From: Candidatus Omnitrophota bacterium
Lineage (GTDB): Bacteria > Omnitrophota > Gorgyraeia > Zapsychrales > Zapsychraceae
Assembly (NCBI GenBank): GCA_029261055.1
Contig: JAJDCA010000015.1
Coordinates: forward strand, 83,998 to 147,997
DNA length: 64,000 nt
Reading direction: 5' to 3'
Below, piece after piece: positions 56,058-64,000 of this stretch; positions within the stretch are counted from its first letter, which is position 1, and every line of letters starts with the position of its first letter. The translations under genes were made by a program, and so were the position numbers. The notes under the pieces are model-generated. The model was given only the letters and a program-made list of their open reading frames with translations, was not told where the DNA came from and searched no databases.

Positions 56058-57025
56058 AACAGCCAAAAGAAGAAATAACTTTTCATGATTTATCACCGGA
56101 AAAAGAAATTTTTTTAAACGATGTTTGTGATGGTTTATCTAAACCACAAAAAACATTGCCATGTAAATATTTTTACAATGAAGTCGGCTCTAGATTATTC
56201 AACGCCATTTGTCGGACCGTTGAATATTACCCGACACGGACGGAACTCGGTATTATGAAGACGTACGCCGGTGAAATGGCTGATATGCTAAAGCCAGGCT
56301 GTTTGTTTATTGAATATGGCAGTGGCATCGGTGAAAAGGTTCGGCTTTTGTTGGAGCACCTAAAGGAACTTTCAGGATATGTGCCGATTGATATTTCTAA
56401 AGAGCATCTTAAAGAAGCGGCAGAAGATTTGAACCGCGATTATCCGGATCTTGAAGTTCTGGCGGTGTGCGCTGATTTTACAAAAGAATTTTCAATTCCG
56501 GCTCCACAAAAAAACGTTACACAGAAAGTTATTTATTTTCCAGGATCCACGATTGGAAATTTTCATAAAGAAGCAGCTTGTCATCTTTTGGAAAATATGG
56601 CAAATTCTCTGGAAAGCGGAGACGGTTTATTAATCGGTATTGATTTAAAGAAAAACGAAGAAATATTAATCCAGGCCTACAATGACAATTCAAGCTTTAC
56701 AGAAGCATTTAATCGTAATATCCTGTTACGGATTAATAAAGAATTAGACGGGGATTTTCAATTAGATTGGTTCGATCATGAAGCGTTTTATGAAGAATCA
56801 AAGGGGTGTGTTGAGATGCACTTAGTGAGCCGCCGGGAGCATAAAGTTACCATTCACGGTCAAACATTTCAGTTTTTGAAAGGCGAAAGCATTCACACGG
56901 AATCCTCCCATAAATACACGATTGACGAATTTTCCGCACTGGCAAAACAAGCCAATTTTAATCTGAAAAAATCCTGGATTGATGAAAATGATTTTTTTGG
57001 AGTTTTGTATTTGGAAGTTATCTAA
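56054..57025 (+). CDS. egtD: EgtD-like SAM-dependent L-histidine N-alpha-methyltransferase
   Basis: YFYNEVGSRLFNAICRTVEYYPTRTE, YVPIDIS and GSTIGNF motifs characteristic of Methyltransf_33 / EgtD. ATGA overlap with the egtB stop. Confidence 0.8.
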   Translation: MKQPKEEITFHDLSPEKEIFLNDVCDGLSKPQKTLPCKYFYNEVGSRLFNAICRTVEYYPTRTELGIMKTYAGEMADMLKPGCLFIEYGSGIGEKVRLLLEHLKELSGYVPIDISKEHLKEAAEDLNRDYPDLEVLAVCADFTKEFSIPAPQKNVTQKVIYFPGSTIGNFHKEAACHLLENMANSLESGDGLLIGIDLKKNEEILIQAYNDNSSFTEAFNRNILLRINKELDGDFQLDWFDHEAFYEESKGCVEMHLVSRREHKVTIHGQTFQFLKGESIHTESSHKYTIDEFSALAKQANFNLKKSWIDENDFFGVLYLEVI

Positions 57026-57089
57026 TAGATATCCTATTGTGATGAATTGTCAGACTCATTTATGACATAATTTTAATGAAGGGGTAGGT

Positions 57090-57698
57090 ATGAAATCATT
57101 AAATGATCTTTTTGAAAGAAATGCAGCTTGGGCGGAGGGGATTAAGGAAAAGGATCCTGAGTTTTTTGCGCAGTTATCTAAGCAGCAGGCTCCTGAATAT
57201 CTTTGGATAGGTTGTTCAGACAGCCGTGTTCCTGCAAACCAGATAGTCAATTTGCGGCCCGGTGAAATTTTTGTTCATCGTAATATTGCCAATGTTGTTG
57301 TCCCTACAGATTTGAATTGTCTTTCTGTCGTACAATACGCTGTTGAGGTGCTTAAGGTGAAGCATATTATTGTCTGTGGTCATTATGGATGTGGCGGCAT
57401 AAAGGCGGCTTTAGATGATCAAGATCATGGTCTTATGGATGGTTGGCTTCAGCACATTAAAGGTGTCCGTCAGATTCATGCCGAGAAATTAAAGGATTTG
57501 GAGCTTGATCAAAAGCATGATTTGCTCTGCGAGTTAAATGTCATAGAGCAGGTTAAAAATGTGTGTAATACAACGATTGTACAAAATGCCTGGAAAGCAG
57601 GATCAGAACTCTTCGTTCATGGATGGATTTACGACATTCAAAACGGGATTCTAAAAAATTTGGATGCAGACAATACATCAAATGGGGAGAAGAAATGA
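57090..57698 (+). CDS. Beta-class carbonic anhydrase
   Basis: Zinc ligands CSDSRV and HYGCGG. 202 aa. Confidence 0.85.
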   Translation: MKSLNDLFERNAAWAEGIKEKDPEFFAQLSKQQAPEYLWIGCSDSRVPANQIVNLRPGEIFVHRNIANVVVPTDLNCLSVVQYAVEVLKVKHIIVCGHYGCGGIKAALDDQDHGLMDGWLQHIKGVRQIHAEKLKDLELDQKHDLLCELNVIEQVKNVCNTTIVQNAWKAGSELFVHGWIYDIQNGILKNLDADNTSNGEKK

Positions 57699-58294
57699 GT
57701 GACGAACAAGAAGTAGATTATGGGCCGTTGAAGGCATTAATAGGTGTTTGGAAAGGGGACAAAGGGCTTGATGTTGCGCCGGAACCGGATGGGGCTGAAA
57801 ATAATCCTTATTACGAAACGATTATTTTTACAGCGGTTGGTGACGTAAGCAATGCGGAAACGCAAGTTTTATCCGTTGTGCGTTACCATCAGGTTGTTCA
57901 GCGTGTGTCCAATAATAAAGTGTTTCACGATCAAACAGGATATTGGATGTGGGATCCAAAGGCAGAAACAGTGATGCATTCTCTGGTTATTCCACGCGCT
58001 GTATGTGTGCTCGCCGGAGGGGAATACAAAGGACAAAAAGACGCAGAAGGAAATGTGGTCTTAGATGTTTCAGCTAAAATGAATGATGAGAATTGGGGCA
58101 TAATTCAATCTCCTTTCATGAAAAAGAATGCCTGCACGACTGAATTTCGCCAGCAAATGACAATATCCAACGAAGCATTATCCTATGCACAAACCATAGT
58201 GGTTGAAATTTATGGAAAAACTTTTGAACACACAGATCAAAATAAGTTGATACTTCAGAAATCATATGCCGAAAATATTACAACAACTTCCTGA
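57695..58294 (+). CDS. Nitrobindin / THAP4-like heme-binding beta-barrel protein (DUF1794-like)
   Basis: N-terminal GPLKALIGVWKGDKG motif. Start at the ATG at 57695, overlapping the carbonic anhydrase stop (ORF track start 57623). Confidence 0.5.
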   Translation: MSDEQEVDYGPLKALIGVWKGDKGLDVAPEPDGAENNPYYETIIFTAVGDVSNAETQVLSVVRYHQVVQRVSNNKVFHDQTGYWMWDPKAETVMHSLVIPRAVCVLAGGEYKGQKDAEGNVVLDVSAKMNDENWGIIQSPFMKKNACTTEFRQQMTISNEALSYAQTIVVEIYGKTFEHTDQNKLILQKSYAENITTTS

Positions 58295-59402
58295 AGATTT
58301 TCTGGAACCTGTCGGTTCCGGGGAATGTTCCATTTCGTCTCCGACGCAGCTTTCTGTTGAGAATTCGTTGGATGAAATATTTGTCTTTGCGCGTCAACAG
58401 CAGGCGTCAGATATTCATATTTCTGCGAATAATCCGATTATTTTACGGAAATTTTCTAAACTTATTCCAGTTACTGAAGCAAAAATTTCCAAAGAACGTA
58501 TTCAAAAAATTATTGAAGAGGGAGTCGGTCAAAAATTATTGTCTGAATTTCTTGAATGCGGCGATTTAGAATTTGTTCATTCGATTAATGGGGCAGGGCG
58601 GTATCGGGTTACGCTCATGAAGCAGCGCTTTGGATGGGATTTAACAGCCCGTGTCATTGCACAATCGATCCGTTCTTTTGAGGATTCCGGTATGCCAGCT
58701 TCTTGTCAAGGCCTTACGAAATGGGCGCAAGGACTTGTGTTAGTGACGGGTCCGGCAGGGTGTGGCAAGACAAGCTCGCTGGCAACGCTCGTCGAACTCA
58801 TCAATGCCACCCGTAATGAACACATTATTACTATTGAAAATCCTATTGAGATGATTTATGAATCTCAAAAGTGTCAGATCACTCAACGGCAAATTGATCG
58901 GCATACGCTCTCCCAGGAAAATGCTTTAAAGGCTGCTTTGCGTGAAGATCCGGATATTTTGGTCATTAGTGAATTGCGTGATTTAGCAAGTATTCAGCTA
59001 GCCGTCACTGCGGCTGAAACAGGTCATCTCGTATTCGGTACGATGAATACGAATAATGCATCACAAACAATTTCTCGTCTTATTGATTCTTTTCCTCCGG
59101 ACGAACAAGCCGTTATTCAGAATATGATTTCTGAATCTCTTAGAGGGGTTATTTGTCAGCAACTTATTCCTAAGAAAGATGGATCAGGGGTTGTTCCAGC
59201 TTTTGAAATTCTTGTTGTCAACATGGCGGTGGCTAATATGATCCGTCTAAAAAATATTCAAAACATTAACAATCTGATTGCCACTGGAAAGAATGACGGC
59301 ATGGTTCTCATTGATGCTTCATTAAGCGAGCTTGTCAACCAAGGCATCATCGATAAAGAAGAAGCCCGTCAAAGGGCCATTAATCCAAAATTATTTAGTT
59401 AG
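58266..59402 (+). CDS. PilT/PilU-family type IV pilus retraction ATPase (divergent paralogue)
   Basis: Walker A GPAGCGKTSS, Asp box and His box (TGHLVFGTMNTN). 378 aa. Confidence 0.75.
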   Translation: MPKILQQLPEDFLEPVGSGECSISSPTQLSVENSLDEIFVFARQQQASDIHISANNPIILRKFSKLIPVTEAKISKERIQKIIEEGVGQKLLSEFLECGDLEFVHSINGAGRYRVTLMKQRFGWDLTARVIAQSIRSFEDSGMPASCQGLTKWAQGLVLVTGPAGCGKTSSLATLVELINATRNEHIITIENPIEMIYESQKCQITQRQIDRHTLSQENALKAALREDPDILVISELRDLASIQLAVTAAETGHLVFGTMNTNNASQTISRLIDSFPPDEQAVIQNMISESLRGVICQQLIPKKDGSGVVPAFEILVVNMAVANMIRLKNIQNINNLIATGKNDGMVLIDASLSELVNQGIIDKEEARQRAINPKLFS

Positions 59403-59407
59403 AAATC

Positions 59408-60454
59408 ATGGCACAAATCGACGCCCTTTTCCAAAAACTCATTGAATGCGAAGGTTCCGACCTTCATCTTAAACAAGGCCAGAAACCCAAGATGCGTCGT
59501 CATGGTCATCTGGAAGAATTAGATGGGCATGATTCATTATCTCAAGATCATTTGGTCGGTTTGCTTAAAGAAATGGCGAGTGAAGAGGGCTGGAAAGAAT
59601 TTGAACAAAAGGGAGATTTGGATTTTGCTTATTCTCTGGGAGAGACCGCCCGTTTTCGCGCGAATTTCTTTCGTCACTATTTTGGATTCGGCGCGATTTT
59701 TCGACATATTCCCTCAAAAATTTTGTCTTTAGATGAATTGGAAGCTCCAGAGGTTCTCAACAAGCTTGCGGAGCTATCTTCCGGGCTTGTCCTCGTCACT
59801 GGACCAACAGGAAGTGGGAAATCGACCACGTTAGCCAGTATGATTGATCATATTAATGCGACATTATCCAAAAAAATTGTCACCATTGAAGAGCCTGTTG
59901 AATTTACGCATACACCCAAAAAGTCGATCATTACGCATCGCGAGGTTGGATTAGACACCGTCTCATTTGCCAGTGGTTTACGTAATGCGATTAAGAGTGA
60001 TGTGGATGTGATTCTTGTCGGTGAAATGCGTGACCGGGAAACGATTGAATTAGCTCTTACAGCTTCTGAGATGGGCATCTTGGTTTTTGGAACCTTGCAT
60101 ACCAATTCAGCGTCTAAAACCATCGACAGGATTATTGACGTCTTTCCGGCGGCCAAAAAGAATCAAATCCGCATGATTTTAGCCAACGCGCTTCAAGGTG
60201 TCGTGGCCCAACAATTATTACGTAGCGCAGATGGTCAAAGACGCTGGGCCGCCCATGAAATTTTGCTAAAAACTCCAGCCCTCACGCCCATCATCCAAAC
60301 TGGGGAAACAATGAAGCTTACCTCAGAAATCCAGCTTAATGGCCAAATCGGCATGGTTCTCATGGACGCCTGCCTCCAGCAACTTGTGGCAAATGGCAAA
60401 GTCAGCCAAGAAGAAGCCTACAAAAAAGCTTTGGATAAAGAGAGCTTTGCGTAA
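59408..60454 (+). CDS. pilT: Twitching motility ATPase PilT
   Basis: GPTGSGKSTT, DVILVGEMRD and ASEMGILVFGTLHTNSASKTIDRI align well with canonical PilT. 348 aa. Confidence 0.85.
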   Translation: MAQIDALFQKLIECEGSDLHLKQGQKPKMRRHGHLEELDGHDSLSQDHLVGLLKEMASEEGWKEFEQKGDLDFAYSLGETARFRANFFRHYFGFGAIFRHIPSKILSLDELEAPEVLNKLAELSSGLVLVTGPTGSGKSTTLASMIDHINATLSKKIVTIEEPVEFTHTPKKSIITHREVGLDTVSFASGLRNAIKSDVDVILVGEMRDRETIELALTASEMGILVFGTLHTNSASKTIDRIIDVFPAAKKNQIRMILANALQGVVAQQLLRSADGQRRWAAHEILLKTPALTPIIQTGETMKLTSEIQLNGQIGMVLMDACLQQLVANGKVSQEEAYKKALDKESFA

Positions 60455-60647
60455 TCTGTTTTAAAAATCCATTGATTCCGCTTAGAGGGTGTGTTATGAT
60501 TTTGCCGATTTTTAAGAGACACCCCGGACCATCCTACTTCGCTCCAAAATTTTCGTCCTTCAGCTCGCTTCGCTCGCTTAGGACTTCATTTGGGAGCTTC
60601 GTAGGATTGGCCCAAAATTTTTCTAAATAAAATAATATTGTCATTTT

Positions 60648-60720
60648 GGGCCATTAGCTCATCTGGTAGAGCAGCTGACTCTTAATCAGCGGGCGGTAGG
60701 TTCGAGTCCTGCATGGCCCA
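60648..60720 (+). tRNA. tRNA-Lys (anticodon CTT)
   Basis: 73-nt cloverleaf folded by hand. Acceptor GGGCCAT/ATGGCCC, D-stem GCTC/GAGC, anticodon stem GCTGA/TCAGC with loop CTCTTAA, T-stem GTAGG/CCTGC with loop TTCGAGT, discriminator A. No encoded CCA. Confidence 0.85.
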
Positions 60721-60723
60721 TTA

Positions 60724-60744
60724 GTTTTTTGCTCCGCAAAAAAC
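60724..60744 (+). terminator. Perfect 9-bp hairpin GTTTTTTGC-tcc-GCAAAAAAC immediately 3' of the tRNA
   Basis: Seen in the sequence. It is followed by two further hairpins, one with a T-tract at about 60813-60851. Confidence 0.4.
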
Positions 60745-60886
60745 AAAGTCTGTCACGCAATGTTTTAATGCGTGATAGACCAATACTTTGCGAAGAAAAA
60801 ACTAAAGGTGTTGTCCCGATGTTTTTACGGGACTACACCCTAGTTTTTTTTATTCAACCCTCAACCAAACAACCCCAAGGAGAAAC

Positions 60887-61711
60887 GTGTCTACTCAAAA
60901 TATTGATATTGAAAAGCTCAAGTTGCAAGCCCTCCAAAACCGTAAAGACATTTTAGAAACTATTAACGCTGCAGGATCTGGACATCCAGGGGGGTCGCTT
61001 TCGGCTGTTGAAATTCTTTTAAGTCTTTACAGTTACAAGATGAATCACAAGCCGGATGATCCTACGTGGGAAGATCGTGATCGTCTCATTGTTTCAAAAG
61101 GGCACGTTTCACCGGTGGTTTATGTGACGCTGGCCAATGCAGGATATTTTCCTAAAGAAGAATTAAAAACATTTCGTAAATTTCAAAGTCGTTTGCAAGG
61201 ACATGTGCACACGAAAGTGCCTGGGATTGAATTTAATACCGGTTCTTTAGGTCATGGCCTTTCCGTGGCTAATGGCATTGGCCTTGGCGCCAGGATGGCC
61301 AAGAAAAATTTTAATACGTATTGCTTGATGGGTGATGGGGAGATTCAGGAAGGATCTGTTTGGGAGGCGGCTATGACCTCGACGCATCAGAAAATTAACA
61401 ATGTATGCGCCATCGTAGATTACAACAAAGTGCAGGAAAATGGTCCGGTCAGTGAGATTAAAGGGTTAGAACCTCTTGCAGATAAATGGAAAAGTTTTGG
61501 ATGGCATGTTGAGGAAATTATTGGTCACAATTTTAAGCAGCTCATTGCGGCTTTGGATAAATTTGACACGGTCAAAGATAAACCCTTTGTCATTATTGCC
61601 CACACGATTAAAGGAAAGGGCATTTCATTTATGGAAGGCGAAAAAGGATGGCACGGTAAGGCGCCGAATGATGAGCAATTACAAGAAGCTTTAGCGGAAC
61701 TAAATTCTTAA
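60887..61711 (+). CDS. tkt: Transketolase, N-terminal (TPP-binding) subunit of a split enzyme
   Basis: GHPGGSLS and the TPP motif GDGEIQEG. 274 aa. Confidence 0.85.
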   Translation: MSTQNIDIEKLKLQALQNRKDILETINAAGSGHPGGSLSAVEILLSLYSYKMNHKPDDPTWEDRDRLIVSKGHVSPVVYVTLANAGYFPKEELKTFRKFQSRLQGHVHTKVPGIEFNTGSLGHGLSVANGIGLGARMAKKNFNTYCLMGDGEIQEGSVWEAAMTSTHQKINNVCAIVDYNKVQENGPVSEIKGLEPLADKWKSFGWHVEEIIGHNFKQLIAALDKFDTVKDKPFVIIAHTIKGKGISFMEGEKGWHGKAPNDEQLQEALAELNS

Positions 61712-61721
61712 GGAGATAAAT

Positions 61722-62693
61722 ATGAGTAAGAAAATTCCTACCCGCGATGGGTTTGGTAAAGAATTGGTGGAAGTCGGCAAGGTTAATGACAAGGTCGTGG
61801 TGGTTTCGGCGGATTTGGAAGATGCCACACGGGCGGAATATTTTCGTGATGCGCATCCGGAGCGATTTTTTACGGTCGGGATTGCTGAACAGGATATGGT
61901 AGGGACAGCTGCGGGGTTGGCTTTAGTTGGATTTGTGCCCTTTATTAATTCCTTTGCCGTTTTTATGACCAACCGTGCGTATGACATGCTGCGGTTAGAC
62001 CTTTGTTACAATAACACGAACGTTAAAGTGATTTGTTCTCATGCCGGTGTCACGGTTGGACCGGACGGCGCCACGGCGCAATGTCTGGAAGATTACGCCA
62101 TCATGCGAGTGTTGCCGAACATGAAAGTGGTTTGTCCGGTGGATGATTTTGAAGCACGAAAAGCTACGCGTCTATTTGCTGAAGAATTTGGTCCGATGTA
62201 CATGCGTACCAGCCGAGCGCCGATGCCGGTACTAACGAAAGAAGATGATCCTTTTGTGATTGGAAAGGCGAATGTCATGCGTGAAGGAAAAGATGTCACC
62301 ATCATTGCCTGCGGTGTCATGGTGTCCGAGGCTCTTGCGGCCGCTGAAATGTTAAAGAAAGACAATATTGAAGCGAAGGTGGTTAATATGCACACCATTA
62401 AGCCTATTGATCAGGAGTGTATTATTGCTTCTGCTAAAGAAACTGGAGCTATTGTAACGGCGGAAGAGCATCAAATTAATGGTGGCTTGGGTAGTGCCGT
62501 GGCTGAAGTCGTCGTGAAAGAATGTCCTGTGCCGATGGAAATGGTAGCTGTTGCGGATACCTTTGGCCAATCGGGTTCTCCGGATGAATTGCTTGCAGAA
62601 TATCATTTAAAAGATGTCGATATTGCGGCGGCTGTCCGTAAGGTTGTTAAAAGAAAAGAGGGATCTAAAAAAGAGGAGACTGTAAACACATGA
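61722..62693 (+). CDS. tkt: Transketolase, C-terminal (Pyr/transketolase_C) subunit
   Basis: FFTVGIAEQDMVGTAAGLA motif. 323 aa. Confidence 0.85.
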   Translation: MSKKIPTRDGFGKELVEVGKVNDKVVVVSADLEDATRAEYFRDAHPERFFTVGIAEQDMVGTAAGLALVGFVPFINSFAVFMTNRAYDMLRLDLCYNNTNVKVICSHAGVTVGPDGATAQCLEDYAIMRVLPNMKVVCPVDDFEARKATRLFAEEFGPMYMRTSRAPMPVLTKEDDPFVIGKANVMREGKDVTIIACGVMVSEALAAAEMLKKDNIEAKVVNMHTIKPIDQECIIASAKETGAIVTAEEHQINGGLGSAVAEVVVKECPVPMEMVAVADTFGQSGSPDELLAEYHLKDVDIAAAVRKVVKRKEGSKKEETVNT

Positions 62694-63823
62694 CACAATC
62701 CAGAATGCAAGAATTAGCGGAATTCGGACAGAGTATTTGGTTAGATTACATTGACCGACCATTATTAGAGACGGGAAAATTAAAAAATCTTATTGCGCAA
62801 GGCTTGCGTGGAATGACGTCTAATCCTTCAATATTTAATCAAGCCATTGGCTCCGGTAGCGATTACGATCAGAAAATTAGTCGATTGGCGTCTGAAGGAA
62901 AATCGACATTTGAAATCTACGACGAATTAACCATTCAAGATATTCAAGAAGCCGCTGATCAGTTTAAAGATGTGTTCGAACATACTAAGGGGCTGGATGG
63001 GTATGTGAGTCTTGAAATTAATCCTAAAATTGCGCATGAAATTGATCAGCAAATTCAGGAAGGTTTACGGTTAGATAAAAAAGTTAATCGTCCAAATGTC
63101 ATGATCAAAGTACCTTCGACAGAGGCCGGGTTAAAGGTTATTGAAGAGTTAACCGCTAAAGGTGTTAATGTGAATGCAACACTTATTTTTTCACAGTCCC
63201 AATATGAAAATGTCGCGAAGGCGTATTTAAAAGGGTTAAGCCGTTTGTCGGAATCTACAGCCGATTTGAGTAATGTGCGTTCTGTGGCTAGTGTTTTTAT
63301 TAGTCGTATTGATACAGCTGTGGATAATTTGATTGATGAAAAATTGGCGCAGGCAAAGGATGAAGTTCAGACGGCCCAGTTGCAGGCTTTAAAGGGAAGG
63401 GCTGCAGTGGCCAATTCACGGATTATTTTTGAGAAATTTAAAGGGCTTTTGATTACAGAGCAGGCCAAACAACTGACTACTCAAAATGCTAACGCTCAAC
63501 GCGTTTTGTGGGCCTCTACGGGAACAAAAAATTCAAGTTACAGCGATGTGAAATATGTTACAGAATTGATTACAGCTCCGACGGTGAATACCCTTCCGGA
63601 AAAAACGCTTAATGCTTTCTGTGATCACGGCAAGGTAGGAGAGGCGTTTGAGGCTGATGCCACAGAAGCCACGGAAATTATTGCTTCATTAAAAGCGTGG
63701 GATATTGACACGGATGCTATTTGTCAAGATCTCTTGGATCAAGGCGTGAAGGCCTTCGAAGATGCTTTTGATCAGTTATTTGCTTCGATTGAAGATAAGG
63801 TAAAAGTTTTGACGAGTGTCTGA
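62690..63823 (+). CDS. tal: Transaldolase (long, actinobacterial-type)
   Basis: MTSNPSIF and catalytic-Lys KVPST motifs. 377 aa. Confidence 0.85.
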   Translation: MTQSRMQELAEFGQSIWLDYIDRPLLETGKLKNLIAQGLRGMTSNPSIFNQAIGSGSDYDQKISRLASEGKSTFEIYDELTIQDIQEAADQFKDVFEHTKGLDGYVSLEINPKIAHEIDQQIQEGLRLDKKVNRPNVMIKVPSTEAGLKVIEELTAKGVNVNATLIFSQSQYENVAKAYLKGLSRLSESTADLSNVRSVASVFISRIDTAVDNLIDEKLAQAKDEVQTAQLQALKGRAAVANSRIIFEKFKGLLITEQAKQLTTQNANAQRVLWASTGTKNSSYSDVKYVTELITAPTVNTLPEKTLNAFCDHGKVGEAFEADATEATEIIASLKAWDIDTDAICQDLLDQGVKAFEDAFDQLFASIEDKVKVLTSV

Positions 63824-63828
63824 TATTT

Positions 63829-63907
63829 AAAGTGATCAGTGGTCAGTGGTCAGAAAATGTGAAAAGGCAGATTGCTGATCACTGAAACCTGACCACTGAC
63901 CACTTTT
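63829..63907 (+). terminator. Complex dyad-symmetry element after tal. Tandem GTGGTCAG repeats and a GTGATCAG box have mirror copies in swapped order, so alternative hairpins or a pseudoknot are possible. T-run at the 3' end.
   Basis: Seen in the sequence. It lies 5-85 nt after the tal stop codon. Confidence 0.45.
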
Positions 63908-64000
63908 AAATTTCTAAGAAAATCGAGGTTTCACGTGTTGCACACCACCGGTTACATTCAACCTAAAATACTTAAAGAATTGTGGTTTCATACAGGGTCG

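Noticed and set aside
60729-60956. 75-codon ORF directly after tRNA-Lys
   Set aside because: The region is occupied by three hairpin or terminator structures and the tkt RBS. There is no RBS, and the product is low complexity.
1-64000. Searched for CRISPR arrays, rRNA, IS elements, transposases, integrases and prophage genes
   Set aside because: I found no regularly spaced direct repeats of CRISPR type, no rRNA-like segments, and no transposase or integrase motifs in any frame. The only repeats are the structured intergenic elements reported above.

Overview
64 kb of a low-GC (roughly 38-40%) chromosome from a Gram-negative (diderm) bacterium. It carries about 55 genes, almost all on the + strand and packed into tight operons. 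Membrane-lipid homeostasis genes are prominent: a three-domain LplT-PlsC-acyl-ACP synthetase (Aas-like) fusion directly followed by a secreted lipase, and an Mla/MCE operon with a STAS-MlaE fusion. There is a BrnT/BrnA toxin-antitoxin pair, an ECF sigma / ZAS anti-sigma pair divergent from a LuxR gene, and an alpha-glucoside or compatible-solute hydrolase island (GH15, MIP aquaporin, a short GMC oxidoreductase, YceI, GH63, GH13). Central metabolism is represented by malic enzyme, a DedA/TVP38 + flavin disulfide reductase pair, split transketolase and transaldolase. An FMN glutamate-synthase-like + TPP enzyme + ALDH set recurs in a second operon as Rieske-fused paralogues, joined there to egtB-egtD (ergothioneine), a beta-carbonic anhydrase and a nitrobindin-like protein. 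There is a TetR-MFP-RND efflux operon whose RND permease is in frame with a TolC-like outer membrane factor (1516-aa ORF), two tandem PilT ATPases and a tRNA-Lys(CTT). I found no rRNA, CRISPR array, transposase or integrase. The most unusual features are these. (i) A three-gene module (11914-14739) ends in a Sec-exported, compositionally mosaic protein with a degenerate eukaryotic-like protein-kinase fold. (ii) A family of GC-rich structured intergenic repeats around the mla operon. (iii) The Rieske-fused TPP and GltS-like paralogues linked to egtBD. (iv) The stop-codon-less RND-OMF junction. (v) Several perfect palindromes at promoters.
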